DNA from: Candidatus Latescibacterota bacterium
GTDB lineage: Bacteria; Latescibacterota; UBA2968; UBA8231
Assembly (NCBI GenBank): GCA_965248265.1
Contig: CBDFJF010000002.1
Coordinates: forward strand, 4,064,001 to 4,128,000
Length of the DNA stretch: 64,000 bases
Reading direction: 5' to 3'
Positions 45,210-55,101 of this stretch are shown here, piece after piece. The notes below the pieces were generated by a model. That model ran no database searches and was not told the DNA's origin. It was given only the letters and a program-made list of their open reading frames with translations. Numbering within the stretch: position 1 is the stretch's first letter; every line of letters begins with the position of its first letter. The translations under genes and the position numbers were made by a program.

Positions 45210-47174
45210 CTACCGTTTCAAGTTCACCAGTTCACTCATCAGCTCATCCGAGGTGGTGATACTGCGCGCGCTGGCTTGAAAACCTCGCTGGCTGACGATC
45301 ATGTTCGTGAACTCTTCGGCCAGATCGACGTTTGACAGTTCGATGGCCCCCGACCGGATGCTTCCCTGCACCGTCGTCTCGGCAGCCCCTACCACGGGCT
45401 GTCCCGAGGATTCGGTCTGCAGAAACAGGTTTTGAGCCCCGCGCTTGAGCCCTCCACTATTGCTGAAAGCTGCCAGCGAAACACGTCCGAGGACCTGAGA
45501 GTCACCGTTCGTGAAGGTGCCGCGAATGCCACCGTCACCCTCCACGTTGATCGACACCAGACTGCCTGCGGCTCGACCATCCTGCTCTCGCACGGCCATC
45601 GATGACGGTGCCACGAATTGTGTCAATCCACCGAGCCTACCTGTACCGGTGGCCCCGATGTCGATGGTGATGTTGGGCGTACCGTCCCCCGGCGTGAACT
45701 GCAGGGCTGCCTGGTCAGAGGAATCGAACGACTTCAGGGTGCCATCCTCGTTGAAAACCGCTTTGCCCTCGTTGCCTGCCTGGGGCGTGACGCCATTCAC
45801 CGAAGCCACCCAGGACCACTCGTTGGCGACAACGCTCTTGGTAAAGGTGAGGGTGAGCGAGTGCGTATCGCCCTTCTGGTCGAAGACCTGGGTGTTGGTG
45901 CTGAATTCGGCCAGAGGATTGCTGCCGAACAACCCCGAGCCTACGGCGTCGGCGTCGAGGAGCGAAAAGTTGATGTCGAATCCGACAACGCTGTCCTGGG
46001 TCTCTGCATCCGTCAGGCTAAGGCGTCCCGTTTGCGGATCGATGCCCGCGTTAACACCGCCGTACGCAGACTGAACCACATCCAGCAAATCTCTGACGGT
46101 ATCGGCGCTGTTGGCCTGGAACTCGAAGTTCCCGTCAAAACGCTCTCCGGTCGGCTTGGTGCCGGAGAAGCGAACGATGTCGCCGGGCGTCAGATCAGCT
46201 CCTACGTTGGCCAGGTCATTGAGCAGGATGCTGTCAGCGGCATCAGCGCCGGTATTCTGACCCTGCCCGAATCCCAGCCGCGAAACCACATCGATGGTTG
46301 GGTCGGCATTGTCGATGGACAGGCTGACGTTGGCGCCTCCCTCCTTGGTGCGCAACTGCAGCTGTCCGAGATCGTTGAACTTGAACAGCACGTTACCCTT
46401 GAGCGAGTCGTTCAGGTTGACTTGCGAATTGAGCTTGCTGGTGAGCTGCTCCAGATCGGCAAACGGTGTGGTTGTCGGAATCGTCAGGGTGCTGGCGATG
46501 TCCTGGCCGCCCTCTGACACCGTCACCGAGAGACCCACCGAGTCCCCGAGGTCGGAAAGATCCAGCGGCAACGCGGGATTGCTCGCGACGATGGCCGGCA
46601 AGCCAAACTGAGTCGTCGCCGTCCACACCTGTGCCGAGCCTCCAACATCCAGGTTCCCCGACAGCTCGATGGACGTCGTCGCCAGGGCTTTCGATTCGCG
46701 ATCGAGCGGAACGATCAGGTTCTCGACTTCAGACTTGAAGCTGCCATCTTCGTTGGCCAGGTTGCCCTGCACCACCAACCCAGAGCCCGGATCGGTCAAC
46801 TGACCGGTTGAATCGAAAGCGAAGGTGCCATCGCGGGTGTAGAAATCGGTGATGCCGTCGCTGAGAACGAACATGCCGTCCCCTTCGATGGCCAGGTCCG
46901 TGTCGATGCCGGTCGTCTGCAGTGTTCCCTGACGCTGGACGGTGTCGATGCTGGCCACCTGAACGCCCAGCCCGGTCTGCTTGGGATTGGTGGCGGCGAT
47001 CTGCCCGCGTGCCGCCGTGCCTTCGCTGAGGGTCTGTGACATCACGTCGGAAAACGCGACCCGGCCCGATTTGTAACCCGTGGTGTTGATGTTGGCCACG
47101 TTGTTGGCAATCACGTCTATCCGCGTCTGATGGCTCTTGACGCCTGTGATGCCGGTGTAGATTGAATCAATCAT
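45210..47174 (-). CDS. flgE: Flagellar hook protein FlgE (long, 654 aa)
   Basis: 'IANNVANINTTGYK', 'DLAIEGDG.F', 'YTRDG.F', 'ELSNVDLAEEFTNMIVSQRGFQASARSI..LVNLKR'. Confidence 0.96.
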   Translation of the reverse strand: MIDSIYTGITGVKSHQTRIDVIANNVANINTTGYKSGRVAFSDVMSQTLSEGTAARGQIAATNPKQTGLGVQVASIDTVQRQGTLQTTGIDTDLAIEGDGMFVLSDGITDFYTRDGTFAFDSTGQLTDPGSGLVVQGNLANEDGSFKSEVENLIVPLDRESKALATTSIELSGNLDVGGSAQVWTATTQFGLPAIVASNPALPLDLSDLGDSVGLSVTVSEGGQDIASTLTIPTTTPFADLEQLTSKLNSQVNLNDSLKGNVLFKFNDLGQLQLRTKEGGANVSLSIDNADPTIDVVSRLGFGQGQNTGADAADSILLNDLANVGADLTPGDIVRFSGTKPTGERFDGNFEFQANSADTVRDLLDVVQSAYGGVNAGIDPQTGRLSLTDAETQDSVVGFDINFSLLDADAVGSGLFGSNPLAEFSTNTQVFDQKGDTHSLTLTFTKSVVANEWSWVASVNGVTPQAGNEGKAVFNEDGTLKSFDSSDQAALQFTPGDGTPNITIDIGATGTGRLGGLTQFVAPSSMAVREQDGRAAGSLVSINVEGDGGIRGTFTNGDSQVLGRVSLAAFSNSGGLKRGAQNLFLQTESSGQPVVGAAETTVQGSIRSGAIELSNVDLAEEFTNMIVSQRGFQASARSITTSDELMSELVNLKR

Positions 47175-47298
47175 CGGATAATACTCCCCTTAACAAACTC
47201 AATTCCCGTCCCGTTGGGTACGTTGCCCGCTACCCCCTCCCCTGGGGGTTTCCATGGCGATGAATACCGTCCCTGACCCTGCGTCAAAAAGTTAAGAC

Positions 47299-47979
47299 CT
47301 AGTCTGTTGCCAGGACTCCTGCGAGATCCTGAATCGTGAGCTCTCTGCCGTCTGCCCAGAGTCGGGCGGACTCTCCGTCGTAGCGAACCGCGTCAACGCG
47401 CACACCCTTCAGTGCGTCACCTTTTACCGGTTGACCGGATGCATCTTCGGCCAGCACGAGCACCCGGTAAGCCCCTTCTGGAACCTCGGTGTCGAAACGG
47501 CTACGGCCGTCCCACTCGATGAAACCGTGTTTGCTGCCTCCGCTCGAAATGTCGAGCGCGAATTCCTTCACCAGCTGGTTGCGCCCGTCGAGGATCTGCA
47601 TGCGCGCCGAACGCGCAGCATCTCCAACTTTGTAGTTGACGGTCGTGATCTTATCACCATCGTAATCCACCTCGACCGTCGGAACCTCAACCGTTTTGCC
47701 GACCAGGGAGGTGATCAGGTTGCTCTGGAAAGCAGCGCTCAATTGATCATCGGAACCCAAGTTTCTGTCGAGTGACCGGTTCATGTTCTGGAGCTGCTCC
47801 AGCGAACTGAACTGGGCCAACTGGGCGATGAAATCTGTGTCCTGCATCGGATTCAACGGATCCTGGAACTTGAGCTGAACCGTCAACAGCTGCAGAAAAT
47901 CCTCCTTACCCAGCTCCGTGTTCTTTTTCGCTTCGGGAGCGCGTCCCGTCAGCGGGCTGTCGATATTGTTTATCAGCAT
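47299..47979 (-). CDS. flgD: Hook capping protein FlgD
   Basis: 'LGKEDFLQLLTVQLKFQDPLNP', 'FIAQLAQFSSLEQ', 'WDGR', 'PEGAY'. Confidence 0.95.
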   Translation of the reverse strand: MLINNIDSPLTGRAPEAKKNTELGKEDFLQLLTVQLKFQDPLNPMQDTDFIAQLAQFSSLEQLQNMNRSLDRNLGSDDQLSAAFQSNLITSLVGKTVEVPTVEVDYDGDKITTVNYKVGDAARSARMQILDGRNQLVKEFALDISSGGSKHGFIEWDGRSRFDTEVPEGAYRVLVLAEDASGQPVKGDALKGVRVDAVRYDGESARLWADGRELTIQDLAGVLATD

Positions 47980-47998
47980 GGGTTCCTGAGCTCCTTGA

Positions 47999-49201
47999 TC
48001 AGGCGACGAGGTTGACTTCGTGGTCGCCAGTCAGCGTCAGGTCAGATGCCATGACGCCATCATCGTTGTTGGCTACCGCTGCTGGAGTGTTGGCGGTCTC
48101 CCGTCCTGTTCGGGAATCACCACGGTCCTGACTGTCCTGGCCCCAACCATCGCCAGCGTGTTCGAACGGCGGACGGTCGGCCACCTCGATATCAAAGCCC
48201 TCGAGTTCAAACCCCTGCTGCGCTAACGCCACGCGCAGGCGGTCGATCTGAGATTCTAGCAGTTGCTTGACCTCCGTGCTCTGCACGGTGATCTCGCCGC
48301 GAACGATGCCTTCCAGCGCTCTCACCCTCAGTTCGATCTCGCCCAGATCCTTGGGCTGCAGCTGCAGGCGCATTTCAGAAACACCGTTGCCTCGCATCAA
48401 CGCGACGAGCCCGCGCACCACCTGCGGCGCGACGATCTCCCCAGCATCATCCAGGGCGGCGGTATTGCCGGTACTCAGAGCCTGCTGCAAGCGCTCCATG
48501 AGATCGTCACCGGCCTCGATCTGAATCTCGGGATCCATCAACTCCTGGAAATTGAGTAGCTCCAGCCCGTTCTTTCCGCCCTCAACACTCTGGGCGGGAT
48601 CGAGCTGTAACCCGTCGGCGCGTCCCTGCAGGAACTGGAGAGAGACATCCTCGAGACGTTGGCCTTCGCCTGCCGGCTTGGAGCCGCCGGTTGCCGAATC
48701 CCTGGAGGTTGCCAGCAGGCGATCGAACGCTGAGAGCTCGCTCGTCTCGTCCACGTCAGCATGCTCTTCCGTGAATTCCTCCTGGATCAGTCCACTCAGA
48801 TTGGCCAGCAGACCGAAATCCGTGGCCTGATCATCGTTCTGGCCAGCAGCAATGGCATCCGCTCGAACGGCATCCTCGAGGTAACGGTTTTCCTCAGAAG
48901 CCTCAGCCGTCTCGTCCGAGCGCGCGCCACGGTTAGACCTCAAAGGCTGGAATACCGGTTTGTCTTTCTGCGGTCCTTCGGATTCTTCTGCTTCCTTGCG
49001 CTGCAGCAATTCCGTTCGCTCCAGGCTGCTCTGACGCAGGATCAAATCGAAAGATCCCCCGCTTTTGCGCGAACCTGGTCCGTCATTACGTCCCTGTGCC
49101 CGGTAAATATTGCCTCCCCCTCCACGCCCCAGACCCGGCTTGTTCAGCTCGTTGTGTGTACCCGATGATGTGGAGAAAATGAGCTGTCCTTGTCCTGACA
49201 T
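47999..49201 (-). CDS. fliK: Hook-length control protein FliK
   Basis: C-terminal 'MRLQLQPKDLGEIELRV..LESQIDRLRVALAQQG'; located between fliJ and flgD; ATG 49201. Confidence 0.88.
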   Translation of the reverse strand: MSGQGQLIFSTSSGTHNELNKPGLGRGGGGNIYRAQGRNDGPGSRKSGGSFDLILRQSSLERTELLQRKEAEESEGPQKDKPVFQPLRSNRGARSDETAEASEENRYLEDAVRADAIAAGQNDDQATDFGLLANLSGLIQEEFTEEHADVDETSELSAFDRLLATSRDSATGGSKPAGEGQRLEDVSLQFLQGRADGLQLDPAQSVEGGKNGLELLNFQELMDPEIQIEAGDDLMERLQQALSTGNTAALDDAGEIVAPQVVRGLVALMRGNGVSEMRLQLQPKDLGEIELRVRALEGIVRGEITVQSTEVKQLLESQIDRLRVALAQQGFELEGFDIEVADRPPFEHAGDGWGQDSQDRGDSRTGRETANTPAAVANNDDGVMASDLTLTGDHEVNLVA

Positions 49202-49202
49202 G

Positions 49203-49673
49203 CTAGGTTCCTCTCGCCTCCATCGGTTGATCATCCTTGCGTAAGTGAATCTGCTTGCCCGCTTCGTCAAGCAAAATGCGCTCCTGCCGGCGCTGTTCGC
49301 GCCGATATTCTGTCGCAACCCGGTCTTTCAAGACCTCAAAAACCCGTCTTTCTTTGGTTGATTCGATCAATTCACACCGCCGTTCATCGACCACGACCTC
49401 TGCCTGGTTCACTCGCTGTTGCTGCTCCAGCATCTCGCGCTCGAGCCGTTGTCCGTACTCGAAGCCCAGCAGCATCATGGACGTGCCACCCGGCATCTGC
49501 GCTCGCTGGTCGGATGCAGTGCCACTGGCAACCCTGAGCTGGCCGATGCCGGCCAGTTGCTGTTTTTCATGCTCCAACGCGGCCACCGATTGACCCAGGG
49601 CGGCCTTCCGCGCTTCCTCCACGCGCTCCTTCAACTCGAGAATTCGCTGGAAGCGAAAGTGCATCCGTCGCAT
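49203..49673 (-). CDS. fliJ: Flagellar export protein FliJ
   Basis: 'HFRFQRILELK..EE', coiled coil, 'EQRRQERILLDE'; follows fliI. Confidence 0.85.
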   Translation of the reverse strand: MRRMHFRFQRILELKERVEEARKAALGQSVAALEHEKQQLAGIGQLRVASGTASDQRAQMPGGTSMMLLGFEYGQRLEREMLEQQQRVNQAEVVVDERRCELIESTKERRVFEVLKDRVATEYRREQRRQERILLDEAGKQIHLRKDDQPMEARGT

Positions 49674-49686
49674 GGAGTGAGCCTAC

Positions 49687-51024
49687 CTACACTTCCTCGT
49701 CGGTAGCGACGGGTGCCTGGTCGTTCACTATGGCCATCAATCCTTCTACGTTCTCCTGCAATGCCCCGGTCTCGGTCGTACTCTGCCGCAGGAACTCGTT
49801 GATCGGCTCGATGAACTGTATCGCGCGGTCGATGCGCGGATTGCTGCCCGCGGCATAGGCGCCAATACTTATGAGATCTTCTGCTTCGTTGTAAGCTGCC
49901 AGGAGAGACTTGATATCCATCGCCAGCTCCCAGTGCGATTCCTCGATGACATCCTTCATGGAGCGGCTTATGCTCTCGTTGACGTCGATCGGCGGGTAAT
50001 GGCCCCGGGCGGCCAACCTGCGTTCCAGCACCAGGTGGCCGTCGAGGATAGCCCGTGAGGAGTCGGCGATCGGATCGTCCATGTCGTCTCCTTCAACGAG
50101 AACGGTGTAAAGTCCCGTGATGGAACCGGTTTCAGTGCTGCCGACGCGTTCCAGGAGTCGTGGCATCAGCGCGAACACAGACGGCGTGTAACCTTTGGTC
50201 GTGGGAGGCTCACCGGCTGCCAGGCCTATCTCCCGCTGAGCCATGGCCACGCGCGTGAGCGAATCCATCATCAACATCACGTCCTTGCCCTGATCACGGA
50301 AATACTCCGCCACGGTTGTGGCCACGAATGCTGCCTTCAATCTGACCAGAGCGGGCTGTTCGGAGGTCGACACGATCACGACGGAGCGGCGCAGACCATC
50401 CTCGCCCAGATTCTCCTCGATGAAGTCCAGCACCTCCTTGCCGCGCTCGCCTACCAGAGCGATGACGTTGACGTCTGCCTCGGAATGCTTGGCGATCATG
50501 CCCAACAGGGTACTCTTGCCGACACCGCTGCCCGCATAGATGCCCATGCGCTGCCCCCTGCCGCAGGTGACCATACCGTCGATGGCACGGACGCCGGTGC
50601 CGATACCCTCCATGACCCGTCGCCGTTGAAGCGGATGAGGAGCCTCGTTGTTTAACGCTCGTTCTTCCGGAGCATGGATGTCACCCCCACCATCGATGGG
50701 CTCGCCCAACCCGTTCAGTACGCGCCCGCGCAACGCCTCTCCGACCGGAATCCGCAATGGAGATCGCGTGGGAAATACGGTCGTACCCGGGGTAATGCCT
50801 TCGATCGGCCCCAGCGGCATCAGCAGCACTCGGTTGTCTCTGAACCCGACCACCTCGGCACGGATGTGCTCTTCCGTGGGATCGCCCAGAACGCACAGTT
50901 CGCCCAGCGCCACTTCCGACGGCCCGGACGACTCAACGATCAAACCGACGATGCGAACCACTTTGCCATAGCGAGTGATTGGATCGACTTGACGGACCAG
51001 TTCTTTTAATGCCGCCGCGTTCAC
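49687..51024 (-). CDS. fliI: Flagellum-specific ATPase FliI
   Basis: 'GQRMGIYAGSGVGKSTLL', 'VGERGKEV', 'MMDSLTR', 'GEPPTTKGY'. Confidence 0.97.
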   Translation of the reverse strand: MNAAALKELVRQVDPITRYGKVVRIVGLIVESSGPSEVALGELCVLGDPTEEHIRAEVVGFRDNRVLLMPLGPIEGITPGTTVFPTRSPLRIPVGEALRGRVLNGLGEPIDGGGDIHAPEERALNNEAPHPLQRRRVMEGIGTGVRAIDGMVTCGRGQRMGIYAGSGVGKSTLLGMIAKHSEADVNVIALVGERGKEVLDFIEENLGEDGLRRSVVIVSTSEQPALVRLKAAFVATTVAEYFRDQGKDVMLMMDSLTRVAMAQREIGLAAGEPPTTKGYTPSVFALMPRLLERVGSTETGSITGLYTVLVEGDDMDDPIADSSRAILDGHLVLERRLAARGHYPPIDVNESISRSMKDVIEESHWELAMDIKSLLAAYNEAEDLISIGAYAAGSNPRIDRAIQFIEPINEFLRQSTTETGALQENVEGLMAIVNDQAPVATDEEV

Positions 51025-51953
51025 GATTCGTTTTCCGTCGAGTCGTCAACGTCGGTATCCGTATTCACATTCACATCCTCATCCTCTGGTGCAGCGGCCA
51101 TGTCATCCGCTGTGTCTGCGATTCCGGTCAACTCGCCGCCGCTTGCATCCTCAGTCGAGGGTGGTTCGTCCGGCGACGGTTCAAGATTTTCCTCGAATAC
51201 TTCCGCCCTTAACGCTTGGCGCAGAATATCGAATTGCTCCTCGAGTCGGGCGTCAACACTCTCTTCCGAGCCCTCGATCATGCAACCGCCGCGCTCTACA
51301 TGATCGCTGACTTCAACCTTGAAGATGGCGCCGGTGGAAACCTTTTCGACCCACTTGGCTGAAAACTTGCGCGCCACCTGGAGATCGTCCTCGTGGACTT
51401 TGATGACCAGGTCACTGCGCGCGCTCAGATGCTCCAGCGCGGAACGTATGACCCGGGCGACGATCGTCGGCTCCAATTCCGCCTGCACGCCGGTAACCTT
51501 GTGTGCCATGGATGCGGACAGATCGACAACCAGCGCTTCCGATTCGATCATCACCTGCCGGCGCAGTTGTACCAGCGATTCGTGCAGCACATCGAGGCGT
51601 GTTACAGCATCGCGGGCTTCGTCCTCCTTGGATTTGACACCATCCTGGTGTCCCTCCTCATACCGTTGCTGATGGATCTGCTCAACCTCAGCACGATGCT
51701 TCTCTTCGGCTTCCGCCATCTGCCGTTGCGCCGCGGCCTTCATGGTCTCGTGCTCGTCGCGCAGGCGCCCTTCCCACTCCTTGATGAGCTCGTCACGCAC
51801 CTGTTGTAGGCGCGCTTCGAACAGCGAGGAAAAGTCCGCTACGGCGACATCCTCGTCACCCTCCGGCTGATTGGCCAGATAGAGATTGGACTCATCCTTA
51901 CCCAGGATGACTGCTTGGCCTCCAACCCGGGCGGTGCGAATCACCTTGGACAC
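51021..51953 (-). CDS. fliH: Flagellar assembly protein FliH
   Basis: 'MSKVIR', 'RYEEGHQDG', 'IKVHEDD', 'VERGGCMIE..VDARLE'. Confidence 0.88.
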   Translation of the reverse strand: MSKVIRTARVGGQAVILGKDESNLYLANQPEGDEDVAVADFSSLFEARLQQVRDELIKEWEGRLRDEHETMKAAAQRQMAEAEEKHRAEVEQIHQQRYEEGHQDGVKSKEDEARDAVTRLDVLHESLVQLRRQVMIESEALVVDLSASMAHKVTGVQAELEPTIVARVIRSALEHLSARSDLVIKVHEDDLQVARKFSAKWVEKVSTGAIFKVEVSDHVERGGCMIEGSEESVDARLEEQFDILRQALRAEVFEENLEPSPDEPPSTEDASGGELTGIADTADDMAAAPEDEDVNVNTDTDVDDSTENES

Positions 51954-52107
51954 AAGTGACTACCTCCTATCACCGAGATCGCCATGGACCCGGTGCTGTA
52001 TGAGTGTGGTTCCATCCACTGATCCCTTCCATTGGAATGTACTCATCCAAAGCAGTCAGTCGCCCGCGCGCTTACTCGATTCGGCAGCGGGCAATCGTCA
52101 GCCCCCG

Positions 52108-53625
52108 TCAAGCGGTGTCCTCGACCAGCATGGTACGGATGAGCTTGGCCGCATCTTCGGGCCGTTCACGCACCATCTGCTGAACCCGGCTGAGAATGAT
52201 GTCGTGCGGCGTTTCCGGCCGCTCAAACTCCTCTTCCTCGATGTCGGATACTTCGCCCAGGACCTCGATCTCCTCCTCCACACCGACCCCGCGTCCGATG
52301 GCCTGTATGATAAAGCGCAACGTGATCAAAGCGGCCAGGATGCCGAGAACCTTGGCTACATTGATGGCAACGCCGGTCCAGAATTCGCGACGCTCCTCTG
52401 TCACCGCCGTTTCCTTGGCTTGAATCTCCTGAGACTTGTCGAAGCGCAGAGCGAAGATGGTGACCTCGTCACCACGCGTTTCGTCGAAGCCGATGGACTG
52501 CTTCGCGAGCTGCTCCAACCGCTTGATTTCCTCGTCAGCACGGTCGACTTCGCGGAACTCATTGGTCTCGACGTCATGGATGACCTTGGTCTTGTCGACG
52601 GTCAATGCCATACTGAGCTTGCTGACCATGCCGACTGACCCGATCGTGCTTTCGATCAGGCGGTTGACTTCATAGTTGCGCACGGCGTTCTCTTCGGTGC
52701 CCTGCTCGGCCGAGTTCTTCTCATTGGTCTCTTCGCTGAGCACCACCTGGGTGGCGCCGGGCTCGACCGTGCTCGTCTCCGTCGTGCGGCGGCTGAAATC
52801 CAAGGCGACGTTGATCCGCACTTTGGAGCGGTTCTTGCCGATGACCTCATCCAGCAGCGTCTGCACCTTGGTCTGCAGCACCTGCTCCACTTTCTGCTGC
52901 TGCTCGAACTGACGGCTGGCCGCCTGTGCCAGCGGATCGACTTCCTCCGAGAGTAGATTGCCCTCGGAATCAATGATGACGACGTCTTCGAAATGCAGGC
53001 CCTCGACGCTGGCCGAAACCAGGAAGCCGATCGACTCCACCTGCCGCTTGCGCAGCTGAGAGCCGGAAGCCAGCGTCAGCGTCACTGAAGCCGTCACCGG
53101 ATCCTGCTCGTCAGCGAACAGACTCTTCTCCGGCATGACCAAGTGCACGCGCGCAGCTCGCACGTCTTCGATTCTGCTTAACGTTTTTTCCAGCTCTCCC
53201 TGCAAGGCACGCCGATGGTTGACCTGCTGCAGGAAATCGGTCATCGCCAGTTGGGCCTCGTCGAAAATCTCATAGCCGATGGTTCCGGATTTCGGGTACC
53301 CGTCACCGGCCAGGGTCAGGCGCAGGTCTCGCACGTCGTCATCCGGGACCGTGATGGCCGTGGCATCCTGCGTCAACTTGTAGGGGATGCCGAGTGCCGT
53401 CAGCCTGTTGGTGATTTCAGCGGCTTCCCAGTAGTCGAGGTCGGTGTAGAGGATGGCGGCGTTCCAATCTTCGTCACCACCCGACATCGACATTACTCCG
53501 ACGATGATGGCGATGACGACGGCAACCACTCCACCGGCTGCTCCCATCTTTTGCCCTTGGGGAGCCTCCGTCCACCATTCCTTCGGTCGCTCAGTTATGC
53601 CTGTTATTTGATCTGGAATATTCAT
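52108..53625 (-). CDS. fliF: MS-ring protein FliF
   Basis: Two TM segments; 'GYEIFD', 'RRALQGELEKT', 'ARVHLVMP', 'PEDAAKLIRTML'. Confidence 0.96.
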   Translation of the reverse strand: MNIPDQITGITERPKEWWTEAPQGQKMGAAGGVVAVVIAIIVGVMSMSGGDEDWNAAILYTDLDYWEAAEITNRLTALGIPYKLTQDATAITVPDDDVRDLRLTLAGDGYPKSGTIGYEIFDEAQLAMTDFLQQVNHRRALQGELEKTLSRIEDVRAARVHLVMPEKSLFADEQDPVTASVTLTLASGSQLRKRQVESIGFLVSASVEGLHFEDVVIIDSEGNLLSEEVDPLAQAASRQFEQQQKVEQVLQTKVQTLLDEVIGKNRSKVRINVALDFSRRTTETSTVEPGATQVVLSEETNEKNSAEQGTEENAVRNYEVNRLIESTIGSVGMVSKLSMALTVDKTKVIHDVETNEFREVDRADEEIKRLEQLAKQSIGFDETRGDEVTIFALRFDKSQEIQAKETAVTEERREFWTGVAINVAKVLGILAALITLRFIIQAIGRGVGVEEEIEVLGEVSDIEEEEFERPETPHDIILSRVQQMVRERPEDAAKLIRTMLVEDTA

Positions 53626-53707
53626 GTTCGTTCCGTTCGACTCTGAGTGTTATCGACTGGTGTTTCGCCTAGTATTTCCGCCCTTGTGCTTGCCTTCTAA
53701 CTACCAC

Positions 53708-54058
53708 CTACACCTGCATTCTGATCAATTCTTGATACCCTTCCATTACTCGGTTACGGACCTCCAACATGAGGTCGAGGGCAATACCTGCCTGCGAAAC
53801 GGCGACCATCACCTGGTGCACGTCGGCTGCTTCGCCCGTTACCATCTTGTCGATGGCATGTCCCGCCTCAAACTGCAGATTGTTTACATCCGCCGTGAAC
53901 TCCTTGACCAGATCGCCAAAGCTCCCCCGCACCCCCTGTCCCCCCTCACGTAATCTTCCCGGAGCCCCCGCTGGAGCTGTGCCGCTGCCGGGAATGTTGA
54001 GGGATCGTGATCCGCTTTCGCCACGACCGGTGAAATCCTGAATGCTTTCGAGTGCCAT
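53708..54058 (-). CDS. fliE: Basal-body protein FliE
   Basis: 'SFGDL', 'DVHQVMVA..A.IAL..EVRNRVMEGYQELIRMQV'. Confidence 0.95.
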   Translation of the reverse strand: MALESIQDFTGRGESGSRSLNIPGSGTAPAGAPGRLREGGQGVRGSFGDLVKEFTADVNNLQFEAGHAIDKMVTGEAADVHQVMVAVSQAGIALDLMLEVRNRVMEGYQELIRMQV

Positions 54059-54071
54059 GATATCTAACGGC

Positions 54072-54695
54072 TCACTTTGAAAGGCCTTTGAAGACCCTGG
54101 CCAGGCGCATGACTTTAGGTACGTAGTCCTCGGTTTCGGCAGGCATGCGACCGGCCTTCACCGCGGCCGGACCGGCATTATATGCCCACAGGGCCAGCTC
54201 CGTGGACCCGAAACGGTCGACCAGACCGCTCAGGTATCTGGTTCCCGATGCGATGTTTTGCTCGGCGTTATGGCGATCTTCGACACCGAGCGAACGTGCC
54301 GTTTTGGGCATCAATTGCATCAACCCTGCCGCACCCTGCCTGGACACGGCCTTCGGGTCGCCGCCGGATTCAGCGTAAATGACGGCAGAAACGAGTTCCG
54401 GCTCGATCTGATTGAGCTTGCTGTAATAGTCGATGAGAGGCCGATACCGCTGGGTACGCTCGAGACGCGCCAACTCCAGTTGATGAATTGTCTTCTTCGC
54501 GACCGCGGGACGCTGACGCTGCTGCGTGGTGCTTCGGCCGATGATGCTCTGCCTGGCCTCTTGCTGATAGCTGCGCTTGGCGATGGCCTCCCCGTCTTCC
54601 TCGCCGGCCCCACCGACGCCCTGTGTCGCGCCAGCGGCAACGTGCGCTTGTAGTGCAAAACACGAAAAAAGGATGGTTGGAATGATCGTTTTCAT
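54072..54695 (-). CDS. Lytic transglycosylase (SLT domain) with signal peptide
   Basis: 'AVIYAESGG', 'GAAGLMQLMP', 'AYNAGP', 'ETEDYV'. Confidence 0.92.
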   Translation of the reverse strand: MKTIIPTILFSCFALQAHVAAGATQGVGGAGEEDGEAIAKRSYQQEARQSIIGRSTTQQRQRPAVAKKTIHQLELARLERTQRYRPLIDYYSKLNQIEPELVSAVIYAESGGDPKAVSRQGAAGLMQLMPKTARSLGVEDRHNAEQNIASGTRYLSGLVDRFGSTELALWAYNAGPAAVKAGRMPAETEDYVPKVMRLARVFKGLSK

Positions 54696-54708
54696 GTTGT
54701 CCGTTTCC

Positions 54709-55074
54709 TCAGCCGATGATATCCAGCAACCGACTCCTCGGCGCCTCTTGTGTAGTTGACGCCAGGCGTCCTCGGGCGTTGTAGGTCCCGGCCGCTTCCG
54801 TCAGGCTGCCAGCTTCGGTCGATTGTCCCGGCACCGATGAAATCGATGTACCGTTGACGGGAGCAGTAGCCTGGGACGGCACCGGATTTGACGTAGGGAC
54901 GGTTTCGACGGCGGGCGAAGACTCGATGTGGGCTCTGGTTGTTGCCGCGGCCACGTCGACACCGCGATCTGAGATGACCGCCTCGAAGCCGCTGTGAGCG
55001 GCGGAAGACGGCGCAGCACGGCTGACCAGATCGGCTGCCGTTGTGTTTCTCACACCGTTTACAGGATTAGTCAC
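54709..55074 (-). CDS. Hypothetical low-complexity protein in the flagellar operon
   Basis: Fills the flgC-SLT gap in the same orientation; S/T/A/P-rich; ends 'GTYNARG..RLLDIIG'. Confidence 0.55.
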   Translation of the reverse strand: MTNPVNGVRNTTAADLVSRAAPSSAAHSGFEAVISDRGVDVAAATTRAHIESSPAVETVPTSNPVPSQATAPVNGTSISSVPGQSTEAGSLTEAAGTYNARGRLASTTQEAPRSRLLDIIG

Positions 55075-55101
55075 AATGGGCCCCCGGATTCCCAGGGCTT
55101 C

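Noticed and set aside
47175-47298. c-di-GMP-I riboswitch upstream of flgE (GACGCA and GGTAGCGGG on the minus strand)
   Set aside because: No GNRA-capped first stem or GCAAA/receptor arrangement in the right order; an Infernal search with the c-di-GMP-I model would settle it
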